From IMG/VR virus record IMGVR_UViG_3300027766_000001: a stretch of 64,000 nucleotides of DNA. One strand, given 5' to 3'. Numbering within the stretch: the first letter of the stretch is position 1; each line of letters begins with the position of its first letter. This DNA is from a virus (lineage: Duplodnaviria; Caudoviricetes). Shown one piece after another: positions 58,750-64,000 of this stretch. The notes under the pieces are model-generated. The model was given only the letters and a program-made list of their open reading frames with translations, did not search any database and had not been told where the DNA came from. The position numbers and the translations under genes are program-made.

Positions 58750-59167
58750 TATGTTGAATAAAGAAGTACGTATAGTCGTTGCCGGCGATAAGGGGTTTCA
58801 TAACAAGGACCGCCTGAAGTCGGCACTGGACTCACTGATCAGTGACATCTTTCTGGTTAATGAAGGTGTTACTGATGAAGACGAGCTCCTGACGAAAGAG
58901 CATGTGGTGCTGATCACCAACGGGGAAATCAAAACCCTGGCAGCAGAGGTGAAAGAGTACTCGGTAGCTGCAGGTATTGACATCCAGGAAATCCCGGTGG
59001 AATGGGATCGTGGAAAGAAAGCATTCTTCGACAACTGTGGCGTGTTAGGTCTGCGTTCAACGCATGCCCTGATCTTCACCAACCACAACGACGAAGGTAT
59101 GTCTTCGCTGATCAAAGCCTGCCTCACTAACGGCAGTCGTGTGCGGGTCTTTACCTGCGCGATTTAA
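58750..59167 (+). CDS. Degenerate SLOG (YspA/DUF2493-like) protein
   Basis: RIVVAGDKGF...VLITNG...IPVEWD...ALIF; start moved to 58750, past the terminator. Confidence 0.55.
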
Positions 59168-59176
59168 GGATTCACT

Positions 59177-60466
59177 ATGATCGTATCGGAATCACACATC
59201 GGCATTCTTGATGTACCAGTTAGCCACGTCATTTGCACCGTCAATACTGAAGGGCATATGGGTAGAGGCATCGCGCTGTACCTTAAGAAGTGTATTCCCG
59301 GTCTTTATGACGCATACCGTGAGCAGTGCAAACAAAAACAATTACTGGTCAACACGTTATGGGTTTATGATCACAACACGCCAAAAATTCTTTGTTTCCC
59401 AACGAAAGATAAAACGTGGGAAGATAGCAGGTTGGAATGGATTGAAACCAACCTGCACACGCTGCGGGATACCTACCGGGAACGGGGTATCACGAGCGTG
59501 GCTATGCCGCCATTAGGCTGCGGCAACGGTGGTCTTAAGTGGGAGGACGTGCGTCCTCTCATTTATGCCATTCTCGGGGATTGCGACTTGCAGGTGCATA
59601 TTTGCCTGGGTGTCAAATTACCCAAACCTGAAGAAGACAGTCATACCCACATCAACATCTGGACCAAAGGTCGCACCAGTCTCGGTCGTCGTTTGAGCAA
59701 TTTGTCAAAGCACGGGTTCCTGCATGAGGATCACGGTTGGTTTGAATGTCTCGAAGGTTACTGGTATTGGTTAGCAACCGGCTGCAAACATGAACAGTTC
59801 AAACAGATGAACGGGTTTGAAGCCAAGCAGATCGGGTCCAAGATGGAGCGGGTGGAAATGCCTGACTTCCAGGAACGCTTCAAAGAAGGTATGCGACTAC
59901 GCATCGAACAAAATGAGATCCTGCGCTCAGAGCTCTTGAATTCCTCGTTGCCGTTTGAACACTACTACGTCTATGGCAATGATGCAGTTCGTGACATGAA
60001 AGCGCGGCATCAATGGCAGCTGGACTTCTACGTGGAGTACCGGAATAAAATGCAAGAAGAATCTGAAAGCTCCAGGAAGAAACCCATGAAGATCTTGATT
60101 GCGGGTTCACGCACGTTGAAGAACTATAACCTGTTCAAACAGATTGCTGATGAATACATCGGTAACTTTGTCACCCCGTTTGATAAAGACTACGACATTG
60201 AGATCGTCACCGGTCTGGCGTTAGACGGTCCTGACAACATGGCAATCCGTTATGCACGTGAACGGGGTCATGGGTTGATTGGTCGTCCAGCGCTGTGGGA
60301 TAAGTACCAAAAGCCTGCGGGGATGATTCGCAATGGCGTTATGGGTAAAATGGTGGATGCGGCACTGGTCCTGTGGGACGGTGAGTCTCGTGGCACCAAA
60401 AACATGATCGACCTCCTTGTGAAAAATAATATAAGCCATTTCGTGTTTATATTCAGCAAGGACTAA
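59177..60466 (+). CDS. Macrodomain (DarG-like) + NADAR-like + SLOG fusion
   Basis: TVNTEGHMGRGIA/FPTK/MPPLGCGNGGLKW; LSN...F..LEG...GFEAKQIG; ILIAGSR/GPD/WD..AG..RN/WDGESRGT. Confidence 0.82.
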   Translation: MIVSESHIGILDVPVSHVICTVNTEGHMGRGIALYLKKCIPGLYDAYREQCKQKQLLVNTLWVYDHNTPKILCFPTKDKTWEDSRLEWIETNLHTLRDTYRERGITSVAMPPLGCGNGGLKWEDVRPLIYAILGDCDLQVHICLGVKLPKPEEDSHTHINIWTKGRTSLGRRLSNLSKHGFLHEDHGWFECLEGYWYWLATGCKHEQFKQMNGFEAKQIGSKMERVEMPDFQERFKEGMRLRIEQNEILRSELLNSSLPFEHYYVYGNDAVRDMKARHQWQLDFYVEYRNKMQEESESSRKKPMKILIAGSRTLKNYNLFKQIADEYIGNFVTPFDKDYDIEIVTGLALDGPDNMAIRYARERGHGLIGRPALWDKYQKPAGMIRNGVMGKMVDAALVLWDGESRGTKNMIDLLVKNNISHFVFIFSKD

Positions 60467-60469
60467 CCC

Positions 60470-61138
60470 ATGAACGCTGCACGTGCTGCTGTTGAGAAAT
60501 ACCTGATCGGGGCAATGGATCAGGTGATGCCAGGGAATAAAAACCCTGACATCTACCGCGACTACTTTGGTCGCTTAGATGACAATGCTTTTGATGCCAT
60601 GATGGACCGCATGGAAAAGGATGATGAATCCTTCCCGTTCTACCATCCTAACTTCACCGGCAAGAACATCGACCTGGAACACCTGATCGGGATGATCACC
60701 AAAGAAGGTGGTGCGTTCATGGAGAAGATCAACATGGTTGACTTCGAAACTGGACAGCGCTTCCTGACTCCGATTGAATATCCGATTCTGCGTCTGCCTC
60801 TGCGTATTCAGCAGCAGAAGCTGCAGAAGAAGATGTCGGTGCCCAAAGACAACAAGCACGTCGACGACTTAACCGGTCAGCCGACGACCGAGTCGAAAGG
60901 CTCCGCCATCTCCTATCCTGAGATCCAGATCCTGTATGCAATGGGCATGAACAAAACCATGCAGGAGCTGCTCAAGGTGCGTGGGGGTGACGAGCAGGCT
61001 TACCGTAACTATAACAACGAGATCATCGCCACCGGCGGTGTGAACGTCGGCGCCATTGCCAGTCAGAAGACCAAGGTGAAATCCACGAAGACCGTGGGTG
61101 CGATCCTGCACGCAATGATGCTGACCAACAACCTTTAA
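60470..61138 (+). CDS. Virion RNA polymerase beta-subunit C-terminal fragment (phiKZ gp149-like)
   Basis: LTGQP...KG...SYPEIQILYAMG...MQELLKVRGGD parallels RpoB QQP...GEMEVWALEAYG...QEMLTVKSDD. Confidence 0.8.
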   Translation: MNAARAAVEKYLIGAMDQVMPGNKNPDIYRDYFGRLDDNAFDAMMDRMEKDDESFPFYHPNFTGKNIDLEHLIGMITKEGGAFMEKINMVDFETGQRFLTPIEYPILRLPLRIQQQKLQKKMSVPKDNKHVDDLTGQPTTESKGSAISYPEIQILYAMGMNKTMQELLKVRGGDEQAYRNYNNEIIATGGVNVGAIASQKTKVKSTKTVGAILHAMMLTNNL

Positions 61139-61148
61139 TAGGACGCGC

Positions 61149-61727
61149 ATGAGAAACAAGCTGGCCGCCTTTGCCAGTGCGCTCAGTCAGAAACCTAACG
61201 ACCCCCTGGTGCTGGAAATGGACGGTGCAGCCCAGGAAGTCGTTGAGGACTATTTCATGACGTGGTTACGCGCACGCATCAAGCACAATAAAGCACTCGA
61301 ACGCAAGATCTCCGATGATGAAATTTACAACGCGGTGATCAAATATGCGGTCGGGTTAAACTCATCTTTCTTTTATGCCCGCCTGTGGTCTAAACCGGGG
61401 ATTGAAGAACACATCTGGGGTCCGCTTGAAGCCCAACAGGATTTGTTGGATTTCGTCTATCGTGGTGCCAGTACGTTATACGCCCGGGTCTTTGGTCGCT
61501 CTTCGGATACGGCCAACCTTTCTGCTGATGCACTGGGTAAGCACCTGGCGGATTGTTTGACGCTGATGTCAAGCAGTGCCAGTCTGATACCGCCTGCAAT
61601 GCGGGAAGTCTTCCCGCGTTATCAGGACCTGGAAGCCCAGTTCAAAGATAACCCGTGGTTGTTCTTCATCTACTACCTGACCCGGATTGACATCATGGTC
61701 GCGATTGAAAAGGAACCAACTAAATGA
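61149..61727 (+). CDS. Conserved hypothetical protein
   Basis: AGGA RBS, operonic. Confidence 0.75.
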   Translation: MRNKLAAFASALSQKPNDPLVLEMDGAAQEVVEDYFMTWLRARIKHNKALERKISDDEIYNAVIKYAVGLNSSFFYARLWSKPGIEEHIWGPLEAQQDLLDFVYRGASTLYARVFGRSSDTANLSADALGKHLADCLTLMSSSASLIPPAMREVFPRYQDLEAQFKDNPWLFFIYYLTRIDIMVAIEKEPTK

Positions 61728-62449
61728 GTGGTACCATTAAATGCCTGGTGCAACTCGACTGCCTGATGGATACTCGTCTGGGTACCTTGAAGCGGTTGAA
61801 TGCAGCTTCAGCGGAAATGATTGAAGACACGTACTACCACAAACGTACGGTCGACCGCTTTGACCTGAATGGGTCAAAAATCAATCAGGCGGCATATGAG
61901 GCGCTTTACAGCGCCCGCGATGAAGAGACGTTGAAAGTGTCTACCATGACACATCTGCCGATCTATCTGATGTCGCTGATCTCACGGCTGACCACGACCC
62001 AGGGCATGCCGTTGCTCTCTGAACAGTTTGCTATCCACGTCAACGTCTACCCGTATGTGTTGAGCGATGAAGTGTGCGACTCCATTCAGCAAGTGATCGA
62101 GACTTACACCAACAATGCGGCGGTGGTAGAAATTGTATCGTTTGCGCCAGAAGACCTGACCGTGTCGATGTTAAAGCACAGTTACGCGATTTGGTTTATG
62201 TACAGCTTTGATGAGTGGCTGATGAAGCACACAGAAGAGTTTAAGCAGACGACCATCCCAGAAGTGCGTATTGTTGCGCCACGTCTGTACTTAGCGGATG
62301 CGCCTACTCAGTTGGTTGAGAAGGTAAAAGCGGAGGAGTATGGGTGGGAGCAAATGGCGTTGATGTTTGCAGGGTTGGCGGGTGTGGTCTTCATGGATGT
62401 CAACATCTATTCCGTGATTACCGACACACCGCCTGACCTGGAAGTGTGA
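61724..62449 (+). CDS. Conserved hypothetical protein
   Basis: LDCLMDTRLGTL N-terminus; ATGA overlap. Confidence 0.75.
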   Translation: MSGTIKCLVQLDCLMDTRLGTLKRLNAASAEMIEDTYYHKRTVDRFDLNGSKINQAAYEALYSARDEETLKVSTMTHLPIYLMSLISRLTTTQGMPLLSEQFAIHVNVYPYVLSDEVCDSIQQVIETYTNNAAVVEIVSFAPEDLTVSMLKHSYAIWFMYSFDEWLMKHTEEFKQTTIPEVRIVAPRLYLADAPTQLVEKVKAEEYGWEQMALMFAGLAGVVFMDVNIYSVITDTPPDLEV

Positions 62450-62890
62450 TTACTTCTTGGCCATGATGTCATCGTAGTCGATGTGCTCAACCCCGATGTG
62501 GGCCTCTTCTGAAGAGATTTGGTCCATAGGCAGGTTAGCCAACTGTGGCGCAGGTGCGGACATCTGATCAGACGGAGAGCCAGCGTCAGCCAGAGCCATG
62601 CCACCTTTCTCCATGATGAAGTTAATGGCGCCGGCAATCTGACGTTGGAAGTCACCTTCGTTTTCTTGTGCCTGTTTGTCAAGGTCAAGACGCGCTTGTT
62701 TGTGAATGGAGTTATCCACGTCACCCATCGCAACCAGTGCGACACGCAACATCTTTGGATCTTTGTCCACGATGCGCTCACCAGGGTTCTCCGCAGGGGC
62801 TTCCATCACGCCTTCAATGATGTCCATGCGGTAGCGTTGCATTTTCTGCATTAACACGTCGTTACTGTCGAGGGCAATGTTACCGCTCAT
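62450..62890 (-). CDS. Hypothetical protein
   Basis: GGAGG RBS. Confidence 0.75.
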   Translation of the reverse strand: MSGNIALDSNDVLMQKMQRYRMDIIEGVMEAPAENPGERIVDKDPKMLRVALVAMGDVDNSIHKQARLDLDKQAQENEGDFQRQIAGAINFIMEKGGMALADAGSPSDQMSAPAPQLANLPMDQISSEEAHIGVEHIDYDDIMAKK

Positions 62891-62913
62891 ACTTCCTCCA
62901 AGAATTTTCAGGA

Positions 62914-62932
62914 CTATATTACTAGTGTGTAA
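62914..62932 (+). promoter_or_regulatory. Early promoter
   Basis: CTATATTACTAGTGTGTAA. Confidence 0.75.
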
Positions 62933-62956
62933 GTGGAACTGAATTAAGGACTACCC

Positions 62957-63481
62957 ATGCGGTTCTTAAAACGTCTGTTGTTGAATCGTCTGCTCTCAGG
63001 GCTAGAGAAAGCACGACGTGATAGTTATAAGCCCGATGATGGCTTACGCGTGCTGGGCGCATTACGCAAAGTCATCAACAGCGACAATCCCATAGAATAC
63101 TTTAGCGTGCGTTGCATGTTGGACGTGCGCTTTAGAGTACAGACTCACCGAGGCGTGGATTTGTTGACTACCGTTAGGGAAATCAACGAGAACCTCTCCT
63201 CTGAGTCTGGGTCGTTACCTGAGTCCCGAATCACCTATCGTTACCTGCAGGACGTACGGGTGATGTCACTCTACGATTGGTTAGTCGATGAAGACGGCAA
63301 CGTTCTCGATATCCCCGAGTTCTACGACGCATTCATCAACCAGCTTAATCTGTTGTGTGACTTGGTGTACCAGGTGGACGACATTGACCGTGAGTACATT
63401 CTGCGAAAACTAACACCGTTATACAGCGAGCTGTTAATAGTGTTTGCCGGCACGTTAGAATGTGGTTTACGTAGCGTTTAG
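62957..63481 (+). CDS. Hypothetical protein
   Basis: AAGGA RBS. Confidence 0.75.
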   Translation: MRFLKRLLLNRLLSGLEKARRDSYKPDDGLRVLGALRKVINSDNPIEYFSVRCMLDVRFRVQTHRGVDLLTTVREINENLSSESGSLPESRITYRYLQDVRVMSLYDWLVDEDGNVLDIPEFYDAFINQLNLLCDLVYQVDDIDREYILRKLTPLYSELLIVFAGTLECGLRSV

Positions 63482-63495
63482 ATGGAGTATACCCG

Positions 63496-63954
63496 TTGGA
63501 TAATAAGAAACCGAAAGAGAAGATGGAAGAGCTGCTTACCGACCCCAGTAAGAAAAGCTTCTCCACTGCGCACCATCTCTTACGGATCTGGCGTGAGTTC
63601 TTGGCCGCTGAACAAGTGACCCCTTCAAAGTGGACGCGCTTGGTCGGAGAACACATCAGTAAATTGCGACAGATCAAATCGATGGATGCACAACAAATCG
63701 GAACGGCGCGTGGTAACTTGGTGAAGTCTTTCATTGAGAAGCCATCCATGTCGTTCCAGGCTCTGGTACGTGGAATGGAATTTTTGGGATATAAAGCCAT
63801 TCGTATTCAGATTACTGGCATTCGCCCGGACGGCACTGAGATCACAAATGCAGCAACGATCTCTTTGCAGAAACGACGCATGCTTGGTGAGTCGCCTGAG
63901 AAAGAGGGGTCGTCGACGTCGGACCCTTCTATTGACGACGCTGAAGAAGATTAA
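63496..63954 (+). CDS. Hypothetical protein
   Basis: GGAG RBS, TTG start. Confidence 0.7.
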   Translation: MDNKKPKEKMEELLTDPSKKSFSTAHHLLRIWREFLAAEQVTPSKWTRLVGEHISKLRQIKSMDAQQIGTARGNLVKSFIEKPSMSFQALVRGMEFLGYKAIRIQITGIRPDGTEITNAATISLQKRRMLGESPEKEGSSTSDPSIDDAEED

Positions 63955-63966
63955 AATGATATAGTT

Positions 63967-64000
63967 GGTGGGGCGACGGCCTCACCTCTATTCTTTTTTT
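63967..64000 (+). terminator. Intrinsic terminator
   Basis: GGTGGGGC-gacg-GCCTCACC plus T-run. Confidence 0.7.

Overview
A 64-kb, gene-dense segment of a phiKZ-like jumbo phage (Chimalliviridae-type; family assignment is inference). The case rests on a UvsX recombinase, an RNase H, a virion RNA polymerase beta C-terminal fragment and TATATTAC-like early promoters. An AmsF/WceF-like exopolysaccharide depolymerase and a YgiB homologue suggest an Erwinia/Pantoea-like enterobacterial host. Recognisable enzymes: NAD-dependent DNA ligase, AAA ATPase, MazG-like pyrophosphatase, HD protein, SAM methyltransferase, DRB0094-type RNA ligase, thymidine kinase, HslU-like ATPase, DHFR with a long N-terminal extension and an SF2 helicase. 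Two clusters hold seven paralogous virion-type proteins, and there are two LamG proteins. The best candidate for an undescribed system is at 58750-60466: a DarG-like macrodomain + T4 gp30.3/NADAR-like + SLOG fusion next to a second SLOG gene, possibly a multi-specific ADP-ribose-erasing anti-defence module. The non-coding sequence carries four recurrent signals: an early promoter, an ATGNTATG late-promoter candidate, a CCTTWACYTGT leader and hairpins flanked by TTATGCCG. No tRNA, rRNA, CRISPR array or integrase was seen. All family calls are motif recognition by eye; no searches were run.
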